A stretch of 64,000 nt of DNA from Spirochaetia bacterium (GTDB lineage Bacteria; Spirochaetota; Spirochaetia; WTKD01; G963693115). The notes under the pieces were generated by a model that saw nothing but the letters and a program-made list of their open reading frames with translations, did no database searches and was not told where the DNA came from. Position numbers and translations under genes: made by a program. The stretch spans positions 640,001 to 704,000 of the forward strand of contig CBDDCA010000005.1 in assembly GCA_965226055.1 (NCBI GenBank), read 5' to 3'. This document shows, piece after piece, positions 10,319 to 20,960 of the stretch (the stretch's first letter is position 1; every line of letters begins with the position of its first letter).

Positions 10319-11056
10319 GTGAAAAATAAAAATATTCCTATCATAATAAGTCTTGGAGGTTCTATAGTAAACCCAAATGTATCACATACTAATACAATAG
10401 ACACACATTTTATTAAAGATTTTCATACTACCATCCTTAAGTTGATAAAAACATCCTTGCGTTTCATTATAATCGTAGGAGGAGGAAATACAGCGAGGGT
10501 ATACCAACAATCGTTTTGTTCAATACAAGAAACACTTACAGAAAATGCTACTAGTACCCCAGACGATAATGCCACCGATAGAATAGGTATTATGGCAACA
10601 CACTTAAATGCACAACTGATAAGAGAACTTTTTGCTGATTACGCTGAAGATACTGTAGTAAAAGATCCTAGCGTTGATATATCATTTAATGCACCGCTAC
10701 TCATTGCAGCAGGATGGAAACCAGGGTTTTCAACAGATTACATAGCAGTAACATTAGCACAGAAATTTAATGCACATACAATTATTAATCTTAGTAATAT
10801 AGAAAAAATTTATACTGCCGATCCTAACAAATACGCAGATGCTGTTGCACTTGATAAAATTAGCTGGAAAGATCTTACAAAAATGATAGGAACCCAATGG
10901 TCGCCAGGACTCCATGTTCCTTTTGATCCTATAGCAGCAACATTAGCACAAACACTAAATATAGAGGTAATATGTGCAAACGGTAAAAACATAAACAATT
11001 TTTGTAATATTATAGAAGAAAAGCCATTTATAGGCACAAAAATTTATAATTATTAA
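10319..11056 (+). CDS. pyrH: UMP kinase (archaeal/spirochete type)
   Basis: ISLGGS, VGGGNTAR, DRIGIMAT, PGFSTD, YTADP, PFDP. Confidence 0.9.
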   Translation: MKNKNIPIIISLGGSIVNPNVSHTNTIDTHFIKDFHTTILKLIKTSLRFIIIVGGGNTARVYQQSFCSIQETLTENATSTPDDNATDRIGIMATHLNAQLIRELFADYAEDTVVKDPSVDISFNAPLLIAAGWKPGFSTDYIAVTLAQKFNAHTIINLSNIEKIYTADPNKYADAVALDKISWKDLTKMIGTQWSPGLHVPFDPIAATLAQTLNIEVICANGKNINNFCNIIEEKPFIGTKIYNY

Positions 11057-11070
11057 AGGGAGAACAACAT

Positions 11071-12633
11071 ATGAGTACTTCACACAATACTATCAATATT
11101 ACTGGCTCAAACCAGTTTAGGAATATAACATTAAAGCAGCTTCAGAAATCTCGAAAAAAACTTGTTTCTGCATTAAAAGGAAGATGGAATCCTTTTCTGT
11201 CTGGGGCTTTGTTATACTTTTTACCCTTTATGCTGCTTACAATATATGGAGGAAAAGCCTGTCCTTTCATTGAAGGAACACCTTTTAATACTATCATGTT
11301 GTATATTTTTATATCTATTTTTCCATTGTATATTATACGCTCTTCCATTTTATTATCGTATGGAAACAAAAAGGTACTTGAATGGTCAGATAAAAAATAT
11401 ATGTTATTTGAAGCATCATTTTTCATCATATGGGTAGGAATACTTGCATTATTTGCAATGTATCTGTTTCAGTTTTCTTCAGAAAGTTTTATCAAAATAA
11501 CAGTAGGGTCAGGATTGTTATCGGTATTTTCCATTATTGATCTATTTCTTATACGAAGAAAACATTTGTTACTGCTTACTGATAATGATACTATGTCAAT
11601 GAATAAAGAAAAAATACTAAAACAATACAACTACTTTTTATCCTTAAAGCTAAAATTCATTATCTCAACAGTATTAGTATTATTACTTGTTGGCCTTGCA
11701 TTTTCTCTTATTAACTTTAAGAATTATGAATGGCTTATAGCAAATATCAATATTATTCCTCATGACGAAGGGCTTCTTTCTGTATTTAAGGAAACTGTGT
11801 TTGTCATTGGTGTTTTTATGGGACAGTTAGTAGTAACTGTTATTTTATACTCAAATAATATTATTATATGTTTTACCATGCTCAACCGTGTTATCGGAGA
11901 TCTATTTGAAGGAAAGTTTGATAACCAATTACTTACATTATCAAACGATGAATTTGGCATGATGGGAGAAAACTTAAACATTATCTCTGATGAGTTAAAA
12001 GAAAAACAAAAAATTAAAAATGCTTTTGGAAAATTAGTAAGCCCTCGTGTTGCAGAACTTATGCTCAATGACAAAGAGTTACAGCTTGGCGGACGCGAAA
12101 AAGAAATAGTAATGCTTTTTTCTGATGTAAGAAACTATACAAACTCTAGTCAACATAGCAGTCCTACAGAGGTAATTTCAAAGCTAAACAATTATTTTAC
12201 TAATATGGTGCAATTAGTAGAACAATACGATGGTATTGTCGATAAATTTATGGGAGATGGTCTTATGGCTATTTATGGGTATGATGATCATGTGAAAGGA
12301 GTAAACAATGCTGTTATATCAGCCTTTGAAATGCTCAAAGCAGTAAAGAAAGAAGGTTCAATTAAGATTGGGGTTGGTATACATGTAGGAAATGCTATCT
12401 TAGGAATGATAGGATCTCCTCAACGATTAGATTTTACTGCTATTGGTTCAAACGTTAATCTGGCTGCACGCCTAGAAGCAGCAACAAAAGATAATGGTGT
12501 GGATATATTTCTTTCCGAACAGACCTATGATCTTTTACAACAAAAAGTTAAAAATTTAGGATGGCGAAAATTTTCTATTCAAGTAAAAGGGATAGAACAC
12601 ACACTTACGACATATGGATTAAAAGTACTATAA
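11071..12633 (+). CDS. Membrane-bound class III adenylate cyclase with HAMP domain
   Basis: Multiple TM helices, NDEFG (HAMP), FSDVRNYT, DKFMGDG, DFTAIGSNVNLAARLE. The K and D specificity residues favour ATP. Confidence 0.9.
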   Translation: MSTSHNTINITGSNQFRNITLKQLQKSRKKLVSALKGRWNPFLSGALLYFLPFMLLTIYGGKACPFIEGTPFNTIMLYIFISIFPLYIIRSSILLSYGNKKVLEWSDKKYMLFEASFFIIWVGILALFAMYLFQFSSESFIKITVGSGLLSVFSIIDLFLIRRKHLLLLTDNDTMSMNKEKILKQYNYFLSLKLKFIISTVLVLLLVGLAFSLINFKNYEWLIANINIIPHDEGLLSVFKETVFVIGVFMGQLVVTVILYSNNIIICFTMLNRVIGDLFEGKFDNQLLTLSNDEFGMMGENLNIISDELKEKQKIKNAFGKLVSPRVAELMLNDKELQLGGREKEIVMLFSDVRNYTNSSQHSSPTEVISKLNNYFTNMVQLVEQYDGIVDKFMGDGLMAIYGYDDHVKGVNNAVISAFEMLKAVKKEGSIKIGVGIHVGNAILGMIGSPQRLDFTAIGSNVNLAARLEAATKDNGVDIFLSEQTYDLLQQKVKNLGWRKFSIQVKGIEHTLTTYGLKVL

Positions 12634-12649
12634 AACCCTATATAATAGC

Positions 12650-12689
12650 AAAAAAGAAGGGACTAACATAGCTAGTCCCTTTCTTTTTT
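12650..12689. terminator. Bidirectional intrinsic terminator
   Basis: A-run, AAGGGACTA/TAGTCCCTT stem, T-run, between convergent genes. Confidence 0.8.
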
Positions 12690-12720
12690 AATGTTTTTAT
12701 GTATGGCTTGATGCCTTATC

Positions 12721-13368
12721 CTATAACAACTGATCTGCTAATTTCTCTAATGATTCAACTTCTTTATGCCATTCATGTAAACCAGAAAAACTCCCTATAA
12801 TATACCCTTCAGGAGAGATAATAAATACACTTGGTGTTCCTGTAATTTTTAATGGGGTTGCCTTAATAACTGCTCCTTTCGAATCTGCTACTACTGTATA
12901 AGATATATCAAATTCCTCAATATAGTCTAATGCTTCTTGTTCAACTATATCAATAGACACTCCTAAAAAATCTATCTTTGGGTTATCAGCTAAGGCGTTT
13001 GCTAACTCAACAACATAAGGAGCTTCTTTTCGACAATATCCACAACGAGAGTTCCATACACTGAGAAAAAGCGTTCTTCCTCTATAATCGCGAAGAGCTA
13101 TGTCTTCTCCATCAAATGTTGGTAATGTGATATTAGGGACTCTTGTTTTTTGTGGTTTGCCTCCCATATCTTTTATCAAGGAAGTTACATCGCCCATACC
13201 TTTTCCATCGCTATCTTCACCATCACTATGATCTTCAGCATATCCAGGCTTTCCGTCCTCTCCATCTTGTCCGTCCTGCCCTCTTGCATATACACTTTGA
13301 TCTACAAGAAAAAAATACATTCCTGTAATCAAAACAAATATTCCCATTGCCATTATTTTTTTATTCAT
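12721..13368 (-). CDS. TlpA/ResA-like thiol-disulfide oxidoreductase
   Basis: N-terminal TM/signal, WNSRCGYC (CxxC), GTPS cis-Pro loop; GGAGGA RBS before ATG 13368. Confidence 0.85.
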   Translation of the reverse strand: MNKKIMAMGIFVLITGMYFFLVDQSVYARGQDGQDGEDGKPGYAEDHSDGEDSDGKGMGDVTSLIKDMGGKPQKTRVPNITLPTFDGEDIALRDYRGRTLFLSVWNSRCGYCRKEAPYVVELANALADNPKIDFLGVSIDIVEQEALDYIEEFDISYTVVADSKGAVIKATPLKITGTPSVFIISPEGYIIGSFSGLHEWHKEVESLEKLADQLL

Positions 13369-13406
13369 ATGATTTCCTCCATATTTTGAATATATTATAA
13401 CTTTCA

Positions 13407-15041
13407 TTAGTATAGTATAGCAAGTGTTTTTGTACAAGTATCTGTTAATGAGCTATCACCAAAATACTGTATTGCACCAGGAAACACATATGCTGTTTCT
13501 TTCGCCCATGTTTCTCTATGCTTGACAAAATAAAGAAAGGACTTTGATTGCATTTCAACTAAGGCTTTTTTTATTACAGGAACATCTTTTCCCTTCCGTT
13601 TTTCTATATTCATCATCATAGTCAGAGGGACAGCATATGGTTGCCATTTATCTACAGACTGCTTTAGATTTTTAATTGACGAAATATAGCCTGTACAATT
13701 ATTAGCAATAAGAATAAAAGCATTATAGCCCAGTGAATAACAATAGTCTGCATCAAAATTACTAGGAAACGCACAACGTGCTTCATACCCAAAAAAATGA
13801 CTTTGTGCAGAAAACTTAGTGGTAAAAGTATTTCGCTGCTTTAGTTCATTTGCTACCATCTCAATAAGCATGCGTTCAGTTTCAATAAGCGTTACTTGTA
13901 CGTTACCATGATCATCTCTATCCAACAATAACTGATGTTGAATGCTTGTAGGCAAAGACAAAAATGTTTTTTGTAGGTTACTTGAGAGAGAAGATACTGC
14001 AAGATTTACTCTTTCTTCTACAGATACTGTATCATCCACATTACTGAGAATATCATTTAATTGAGCAATAAGCTGTTTTACTTCGGGAATAAACTCTATC
14101 AATCCTTCTGGAATAAGTACTACACCAAAATCAAGGCCATGTTTTGCTCGTGTGGCTACTATGTCAGCCACTGTTTTTACAATAGATTGCAAAGATTGCT
14201 TCTTTGCTAACACTTCTTCAGAAATAATAGCTACATTAGGCTGAGTTTGTAAAGCACATTCCAGTGTTATATGACTGGCAGAACGTCCCATAAGCCGAAT
14301 AAAATGCCAGTATTTTTTTGAGCTATTTGCATCCCTTGCAATGTTGCCAATAAGCTCAGAATATGTTTTTACTGCAGTATCAAAGCCAAAAGAAGTTTCT
14401 ATATACTTATTTCGTAAGTCACCGTCTATTGTTTTAGGAATACCTATTACTTGTGTTTTACAATTTTGTTGAACAAAATATTCTGCTAACAATACTGCGT
14501 TTGTATTACTGTCGTCTCCTCCTATCACAACAAGTGCATCAAGAGAATGCTTTTTTACTGTTTCTAAAGCAGCAGCAAATTGTTCAGGAGTTTCAATTTT
14601 TGTACGTCCTGATCCTATAATGTCAAAACCACCTGTATTACGATACTTCCCTACTGTATTTGCATTTAACAATACATAATCATTGTTTACTAGGCCTCCT
14701 GGTCCTTTCTTAAAACCGATAAGCTGAGAGGAAGCATTTGCTGACTTTAAGGCATCAAATACACCAGCTATTACATTATGTCCTCCAGGAGCAGGCCCTC
14801 CAGAGAGAATAACTCCTACTTTTCTTTTCTTTTCTGCTTCGGGGTTATCTGCTTGTACCACTTTGTAAAGAGATTGCCCATATGTATTGGGAAATATTTT
14901 CTTGAGCTTATCAGAATCACTTACTGCTGAACTTGTTTTTTGAACAACAGAAAGAGATATATGTGCTGGATTATTTGCAAATAGTGAAGGCATCTTAGGC
15001 TTATATTGCAAACGTAATGTATGAAGATTTGAATGTGCCAT
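13407..15041 (-). CDS. pfp: Pyrophosphate-dependent phosphofructokinase (long clade)
   Basis: [40 protein letters not shown]. Confidence 0.95.
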   Translation of the reverse strand: MAHSNLHTLRLQYKPKMPSLFANNPAHISLSVVQKTSSAVSDSDKLKKIFPNTYGQSLYKVVQADNPEAEKKRKVGVILSGGPAPGGHNVIAGVFDALKSANASSQLIGFKKGPGGLVNNDYVLLNANTVGKYRNTGGFDIIGSGRTKIETPEQFAAALETVKKHSLDALVVIGGDDSNTNAVLLAEYFVQQNCKTQVIGIPKTIDGDLRNKYIETSFGFDTAVKTYSELIGNIARDANSSKKYWHFIRLMGRSASHITLECALQTQPNVAIISEEVLAKKQSLQSIVKTVADIVATRAKHGLDFGVVLIPEGLIEFIPEVKQLIAQLNDILSNVDDTVSVEERVNLAVSSLSSNLQKTFLSLPTSIQHQLLLDRDDHGNVQVTLIETERMLIEMVANELKQRNTFTTKFSAQSHFFGYEARCAFPSNFDADYCYSLGYNAFILIANNCTGYISSIKNLKQSVDKWQPYAVPLTMMMNIEKRKGKDVPVIKKALVEMQSKSFLYFVKHRETWAKETAYVFPGAIQYFGDSSLTDTCTKTLAILY

Positions 15042-15106
15042 AATTCCGTCCTTTATAATAACTATATAATCGAAACGATATATAGCATAGTATAGCATAC
15101 TTTTAA

Positions 15107-15718
15107 CTAAAATGCATCTTTATACGCTAAGGGGGTCTTTAGGATAATAATAAAATCTTTCCAGATACTGCGATGCTTAATATACTCTAACTCAATCTCT
15201 ATGCGCCTCTTATATTCTAAATTAGAGCGTCCTGATGTCTGTACAGGGCCAGTAATACCTGGCTTAATAGAGAGCAACTCTTTTTTTAATTGAGTGGCAT
15301 CCATTTCAATATTTTCTGCAATATGGTCAATTTCATGATCCAACATAGGCCTTGGTCCTACAATGTTCATATCTCCCTTTAATACATTGAAAAACTGAGG
15401 GAGCTCATCAAAACTGAGTTTCCGTAATATTTTTCCACACCAAGTAATACGTGAATCTAATTTCACAGGTATCTTAAATCTATTTTTCTTATAAAGCTCA
15501 TATAACTTCTTATCTTTCCTTAACATTTCTTCTGCGTCTTTCTTCATAGTCCTAAACTTAAGGAGCTTAAATTCTTTTCCAAATATACCTACTCTTTTGT
15601 GATGAAAAATAACAGGAAAGCCTGATGTAGTAACTACAAGGATTGCACAAAATAAATATAAAGGGGAAAATAAAAGAATAAAAAACAAAGCCAGTACCTT
15701 ATTAAAAAATGAATTCAT
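15107..15718 (-). CDS. Bacterial sugar transferase (undecaprenyl-phosphate glycosyl-1-P transferase family)
   Basis: [32 protein letters not shown]. Confidence 0.92.
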   Translation of the reverse strand: MNSFFNKVLALFFILLFSPLYLFCAILVVTTSGFPVIFHHKRVGIFGKEFKLLKFRTMKKDAEEMLRKDKKLYELYKKNRFKIPVKLDSRITWCGKILRKLSFDELPQFFNVLKGDMNIVGPRPMLDHEIDHIAENIEMDATQLKKELLSIKPGITGPVQTSGRSNLEYKRRIEIELEYIKHRSIWKDFIIILKTPLAYKDAF

Positions 15719-15794
15719 AACTAACTACATGCATATGCAATACTATAGCTAGTATACCATAGTATTGTGATTGGAGCAATGTTTATAGTTGGGT

Positions 15795-15830
15795 GCATTG
15801 CGGATTCAAGGACTAATTGCGACAAAGGAG
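15795..15830 (+). repeat. Dispersed intergenic element, copy A core (GCATTGCGGATTCAAGGACTAATTGCGACAAAGGAG)
   Basis: 36/36 identical to the reverse complement of 48273-48308; degenerate copy at 34315-34340. Confidence 0.9.
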
Positions 15831-15910
15831 TTGCAGATTCATGGAGTATTACTTTCTCGTACGCTCTATCAAAAATGCCTTAGAAATACTTTTTTGCTAC
15901 TCTTGAGGTT

Positions 15911-15946
15911 CTATAGCAAGAAAGGAACATTCCTTTCTTGCTATAG
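15911..15946. other. Perfect 16-bp inverted repeat with 4-nt loop, 3' of the lipoprotein gene
   Basis: CTATAGCAAGAAAGGA-acat-TCCTTTCTTGCTATAG. A near-identical hairpin lies at 52136-52171. No canonical U-tract follows. Confidence 0.85.
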
Positions 15947-15965
15947 GTGTATTTCTATGTATCTA

Positions 15966-18900
15966 CTATGATGTACATTCTGGGTCATCTGCTTGCTTGA
16001 ATGTTGGATACTTTGCTGTTTTCCCATCTATACCCGATAGTTTGAAATCAAGGGCACTTCTTCGTATATCACACAATATCCATGATGATAAATCTTGATC
16101 AAATGCAGAAGCATTGTAAAATACAGAAAGTATAGCAGTAACATTCTTTACATTCCAGTTTCCTATATCTTGATTAAAAGCAGTAGCATCAGCAAACATA
16201 CCACCTATCTTAGTAACTTTACTTGTATTCCAGCTTCCTATATTTTGATTAAAAGCACTTGCTCTATCAAAAACACCACTCATATCAGTAACTTTACTTG
16301 TATTCCAGCTTCCTATATTTTGATTAAAAACACTTGCTTCAGAAAACATATATGAAATAGTATTTACATTACTTGTATTCCACTGTGTTATGTCCCCATT
16401 AAAAGTACTATCATCCCTAAATAACAGACTCATATCAGTAATAACACTGGTGTCTATCATGTTGAGGTTGGGGCTAGGGTTACTACTCTTCCCTCCTGTA
16501 GCTTGCCTTGTTTTTTCTTCACTGATAATAGTTTGTAGTGCTGATTTTGTTGTTGGTCTGTAATAGGTAGCTGCTTTTCCTGATGGTGCTGTTCTTAGCT
16601 CTGTCTGTATAACGATAGTCGCTGGCACTTTTTTCTTTGAAGCGGTTATTGTACACTGTGCTACATCATAGCTATACTCAGTAATGGCTGTGTCTCGTAT
16701 ATTAGACTTATTTGCTATGCCTGTTATAGTAACTGTTTTGCTGTTCTGATCAAACGATACTGTAAGGCCTGTTTCATCTTTTATTTTCTTTGCATCTGCC
16801 TCTTGTATGGTGGCATCACAGGTAAAGGCAGTGCCACTGGGTATGCTTGCTAGTACTCTTGTAGTATTTGATGCTAGTGCTGTACCTACTGTTGCTGATA
16901 CTATGCTAGTGTTTCCTATAGCTATTCCTCTTGCTTCAAACTCGTGGCGTTCTCCTGTTGATATTTTTGTGTCATCGGTGCTGTTTACTGCTTGTACTAC
17001 TATTTCGTAGGTCGTTCCGTTTGTCAAGTTTGTCAAAGTAGTGTTTGTTGTTCCTGCTGCTACTGTTGTAGGGCTTGAGTCTGCTTGTTTTATTGCTGCT
17101 ACATTTCTTGCACTGCCACCTTTGGCTACTTTGTATACCTTATACGATACTTGTGCTGCTGTTAGGGCATCGCCTGTATTTGCTTTGTGGCTTGCACTGA
17201 GGCTGGGAGCTGTCCACGATATTCTCATGCCTGTCTGGGCTACTCTTGTCTGTATAGTTGATACTTCTGCGGGGGCAGTCGCTTGTGATGCGGTTGTTAC
17301 ACTTGCTACTGTTGAGGATGCTACTTTTTTGCTAGGGTCTGTTTTTATTGCTACTTCTACCACAAAGTAATACTTTGTCGCTCCTTTTACTGCTACTACT
17401 GGATCTGCATCCGCAGACAAGCCTAAACTGGCAAGGGATTGTACTGTGTACACTCCGCTACTTGCACTGCCTAGGTTTATCTTTCTGCCTGCAAGTACTT
17501 CTGCTACTGTAGGGTCAGTGTCTTTCTGTAAGCCATACACTGTGTATGCTAGCTGATTACTAGCGGTTATGTTTGTGCCATCGTAGTCTTTCGCTCCTGT
17601 AAATGTGCTTAGCTCGGTAAGTACCAGCTTTATTGTGCCTGCTGTGTTTGTTGACGGTGATACTACCAGCTTTCCTGTGAGTAATGACTGGCTGGGTGCT
17701 ACTGCTTTGGAAGTATAGATTTCCTTTATTTCTGTTACATCGGTGTAAAAGCCTGCAGGAAAGAGCTTGCTACTATTGGATGCATCGTAATTGGGGGATG
17801 TTGTGTTGACTATCCTTACCCCTATGTAGTAGTCTTTTGCTGTTTCTATGGGCGTTGCTCCTGCATTGCTTCCACTGGTGCTGTCTACTATTGCTATGGA
17901 TATTGTGTCTTGAGTTGTTCCTGTTGCTTTTGTGTATTTTGCTACCTTTACACTGCTTTTCTCTATCGCCCACAGAGCTGATACGCTGGCAGGCTTTCCT
18001 GTGGTATCTTCTTTCTTGAGATATAGCACATAGTACGCAAGGTCTGTCGCTTCAAGGGCATTGCCATTTGCCTTGCTCACTCCTGCTATTGCTGAGGCAT
18101 TTACTTGTACTGTTATGACTTTTTTCCCTCTATTGCTTCCTGTGGTAGGCACTGCAAATACCACTGCATTACTGTTAGTGTAGGTGGTGCTTTTTGGGGT
18201 ATTTGGTGGTGCAGTAAGGGTTGCTTTCTTTATTGTTGCTGATGTTCCTATGCTATACGATGGATTGAGGCTGTTTATCGCTTCTACTCCTGCAGTATAG
18301 TCTGCTCCTTTCGTTCCTATAAATCTTACTTGTAAGGTACTGTCTCCTGCTATATTCTGTGTTTGTACTCCTGCAAGGCCTTTTATTGCCTCTAGTGTTT
18401 TTGTGCTGTGGTCTCCTTCTGCTATGTATACTTTGTACTGTATTTGTGCCTGTGTGAGTTTGTTTCCACTGGGTGCTTTGTTATCATTGGTAATGTCTCC
18501 TGCACTAAATGTATAGACTGCTGTTGCGGTTATTTGGGTTACTGATTCTACAGAGAGCTTTGCATCTTTTGCAGCGGGCGGTGCTGTCGAGGTACTATCA
18601 TATACTGCCACAGTATCGGAAAGAGTAGTTACAGGGCTTACTATGTTATTTGCTATTGTCAAAAAGGTAAAGCGATAATTCTTGGCATTTGCTTGTACCT
18701 TAGGTACTTCCAAGCCATCTGCTATCCCAAAAGTAATGGCTGTTACACTTCCTGTTATGCTTTTTTCTGCTACCAGTGTAGCACCATCGTACATACGCAA
18801 AGTATAGTAGCTTCCTATGCCTGGAGCTTGCTTAAACGTTGCTTTGATCTGCACTGCTCCTGTTGTGTCTAAGCTAGGCTTGTTTTGAAAAAGATCTTCT

Positions 18901-20684
18901 GACGGAGCTGTGGGTTGCGGAGTAGTTATGTCTTTTGTCGCTTGGCTACTTTTGTTTCCTGCATAGTCTATTGCTTGTATTGTTATGGTATATGTTTTGC
19001 CTTGTGTGAGTTCTTCTACAGAGAGTGCTGTTGTGGGATAGGCTACTTTTTTCTCATTTACTACTGAGGTGCTTGTGCCTTTTTCTGCTATGCTTATGCT
19101 GTATTCTTTTATGTCTTTGTTATTGGCTTTTGTTGTATCGGGGGCTGTCCATGTTATCTGTGTGCCTATCTTTGTGGGTGATACAAAAGGATAGCTTGCT
19201 TGTATGCTTGTCACTGCATCGGGGGCGGTGCCATCATCTACTGTGGTGGTGGTTGCTGTTATTTTTGCTCCTTTGTTGCCTGTGTAGTCTTGTGACTGTA
19301 CTGCTATGCTGTATTCAGTGGTAGCTTTTAGTCCTGTTATCTGCGTGTTTCTTAGTGTTCTCTCTGTTATTGTTACTGTCTTTGCTGGGCTGTTCTTTTC
19401 TGTTACTGTTATAGTCACTCCTGCATAGTCTCTTACATCGGGGGCTTGCCAGCCTACTACTAGGCTTGTTGCTCCTCCTACGGCACTCACATTGCTTACA
19501 GGCTCTGTGCTTTTGTCTGTTGTTGCTTGTTCTTTTGACACTGCAGTGGAATACTTTCCGTTTTTAGAGACATACACTTCTACTTTGTAAGTAAGCGTGC
19601 CATAGAGTTTTGTGAGGGCTATGCCATCTTTTGCTACATACACAGTGGTGTACTCTTGATTGTCTGCACTTGCAGAGCTGAGTTTGGCTGTACTGCTATT
19701 GCTCACTGTTTCGTATGCTATGAGAGTATTTGTTGCTGTTGCTATCACGCGTACTTGCAGACTTTTGTCTGTAAAGGTAAAGCTCCCCCACTTAATAAGC
19801 AGGCTTTCATCGGCTGGGCTATTGCTTTTATCGTTTGCTGTTACTGTAAGATCTGCCTCTGGCAGTGCTGCTACTGTTTGTGAGAGTGCTGAGGGTACTA
19901 TGCCTCTGAGCGCTTGCTTTGCCGTGCTTTCGTTGCCATTGCTATCTCTGTATACTACTGTTACATCATAGCTGATGCCGTCTATAGTAGGGACAGCAAT
20001 AGTTACTTCTCCTTGTGTTACATCTTGTACTGTTACTTCTTTTTTTACATTAGTGGTGCTTTCTATCACCTGTACTATGGCTTCTGCTATGTCTGTTTTG
20101 CCTGACGAGAGCAGTGCTTTGTCCCATGTTATCTTTATACCATTTGTTGCTGATTCTACTGCTACCTTGTTGAAGGTATCTTGAGGTTTCGTTGTATCTG
20201 TCAATGTTGTCACAGAGCGGGTTGTTTTTGGTGATACTTCTGTGTCTGAGCCTGAGTTTGACTTCTGGGCTTCTATTTCTACAGTATAATCGGTAGTGGC
20301 ATGCAAGCCTCTGAGTACATAGGGTCTGTTTTGTTGAAACAATGTACGATATTCTATTGCAGGAACACGCACTTCTATTGATTGTGCTGGTGTCGTTGAT
20401 GTAGCTTTTACAACTACATGCGTAGCATCGCTGGGAGCTTCCCAGCGTAACGAGAGTGTCCCATCATTGCCTGCTGCTTGTATCTGCACATTGGACACTG
20501 ATGCGAGTGTCGGGGTTACTGGTGTTCCCCCTCCACCTGAGGAACTACTGCTACTCTCTGCACATCCTACGAGTACGAGGGTAGTCATTGCTAGCACTAA
20601 AATCAGTGCAACTAGAGTTATGCTATACTTACTTTGTAGCTTACTATTTATCTGATGGTTTAGTTTTTCATTACTTTTTTTCAT
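15966..20684 (-). CDS. Large surface lipoprotein, FN3-like stalk plus C-terminal DUF285/BspA-type LRR head (paralogue 1)
   Basis: LVGC lipobox with Ser/Gly linker; FN3-like W.AP...Y...GL...T.Y motifs; 25-aa FNQNIGSWNTSKVTDM repeats. Confidence 0.9.
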   Translation of the reverse strand: MKKSNEKLNHQINSKLQSKYSITLVALILVLAMTTLVLVGCAESSSSSSGGGGTPVTPTLASVSNVQIQAAGNDGTLSLRWEAPSDATHVVVKATSTTPAQSIEVRVPAIEYRTLFQQNRPYVLRGLHATTDYTVEIEAQKSNSGSDTEVSPKTTRSVTTLTDTTKPQDTFNKVAVESATNGIKITWDKALLSSGKTDIAEAIVQVIESTTNVKKEVTVQDVTQGEVTIAVPTIDGISYDVTVVYRDSNGNESTAKQALRGIVPSALSQTVAALPEADLTVTANDKSNSPADESLLIKWGSFTFTDKSLQVRVIATATNTLIAYETVSNSSTAKLSSASADNQEYTTVYVAKDGIALTKLYGTLTYKVEVYVSKNGKYSTAVSKEQATTDKSTEPVSNVSAVGGATSLVVGWQAPDVRDYAGVTITVTEKNSPAKTVTITERTLRNTQITGLKATTEYSIAVQSQDYTGNKGAKITATTTTVDDGTAPDAVTSIQASYPFVSPTKIGTQITWTAPDTTKANNKDIKEYSISIAEKGTSTSVVNEKKVAYPTTALSVEELTQGKTYTITIQAIDYAGNKSSQATKDITTPQPTAPSEDLFQNKPSLDTTGAVQIKATFKQAPGIGSYYTLRMYDGATLVAEKSITGSVTAITFGIADGLEVPKVQANAKNYRFTFLTIANNIVSPVTTLSDTVAVYDSTSTAPPAAKDAKLSVESVTQITATAVYTFSAGDITNDNKAPSGNKLTQAQIQYKVYIAEGDHSTKTLEAIKGLAGVQTQNIAGDSTLQVRFIGTKGADYTAGVEAINSLNPSYSIGTSATIKKATLTAPPNTPKSTTYTNSNAVVFAVPTTGSNRGKKVITVQVNASAIAGVSKANGNALEATDLAYYVLYLKKEDTTGKPASVSALWAIEKSSVKVAKYTKATGTTQDTISIAIVDSTSGSNAGATPIETAKDYYIGVRIVNTTSPNYDASNSSKLFPAGFYTDVTEIKEIYTSKAVAPSQSLLTGKLVVSPSTNTAGTIKLVLTELSTFTGAKDYDGTNITASNQLAYTVYGLQKDTDPTVAEVLAGRKINLGSASSGVYTVQSLASLGLSADADPVVAVKGATKYYFVVEVAIKTDPSKKVASSTVASVTTASQATAPAEVSTIQTRVAQTGMRISWTAPSLSASHKANTGDALTAAQVSYKVYKVAKGGSARNVAAIKQADSSPTTVAAGTTNTTLTNLTNGTTYEIVVQAVNSTDDTKISTGERHEFEARGIAIGNTSIVSATVGTALASNTTRVLASIPSGTAFTCDATIQEADAKKIKDETGLTVSFDQNSKTVTITGIANKSNIRDTAITEYSYDVAQCTITASKKKVPATIVIQTELRTAPSGKAATYYRPTTKSALQTIISEEKTRQATGGKSSNPSPNLNMIDTSVITDMSLLFRDDSTFNGDITQWNTSNVNTISYMFSEASVFNQNIGSWNTSKVTDMSGVFDRASAFNQNIGSWNTSKVTKIGGMFADATAFNQDIGNWNVKNVTAILSVFYNASAFDQDLSSWILCDIRRSALDFKLSGIDGKTAKYPTFKQADDPECTS

Positions 20685-20746
20685 AATGTTCTCCTTATAA
20701 TTATCTATTTATTGTATAATTATATTATACATAATACACAAGTCTT

Positions 20747-20818
<72 letters not shown>

Positions 20819-20960
20819 CTGGATTACACAAAAACGCATAGCAAAAAGTGATAATAATGCTACAATAGAGATGCTATGAAAAAGAAGAATCACACGAGGC
20901 AATAAAACTGCATGTATTTCTAAAATTGAAATTTTATGCTAATTGCTATACTATAAGTAT

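Noticed and set aside
11071-12633. Pycsar-type defence cyclase
   Set aside because: TM-HAMP-cyclase architecture with adenine-specifying residues, housekeeping context and no adjacent effector.
13215-13285. Collagen-like GQDGQDGEDGKPG stretch in TlpA
   Set aside because: Only about 4 triplets, too short for a triple helix; most likely a flexible acidic linker.
16081-16440. CRISPR-like repeat/spacer pattern with a 75-bp period
   Set aside because: These are in-frame 25-aa DUF285 coding repeats. The units are degenerate and no cas genes are present.
15900-16450. Diversity-generating retroelement target (variable C-terminus plus downstream hairpin)
   Set aside because: There is no RT, accessory gene or template repeat in the window. 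Differences between the paralogue C-termini include indels and are not visibly adenine-specific. A remote DGR cannot be excluded from this window alone.
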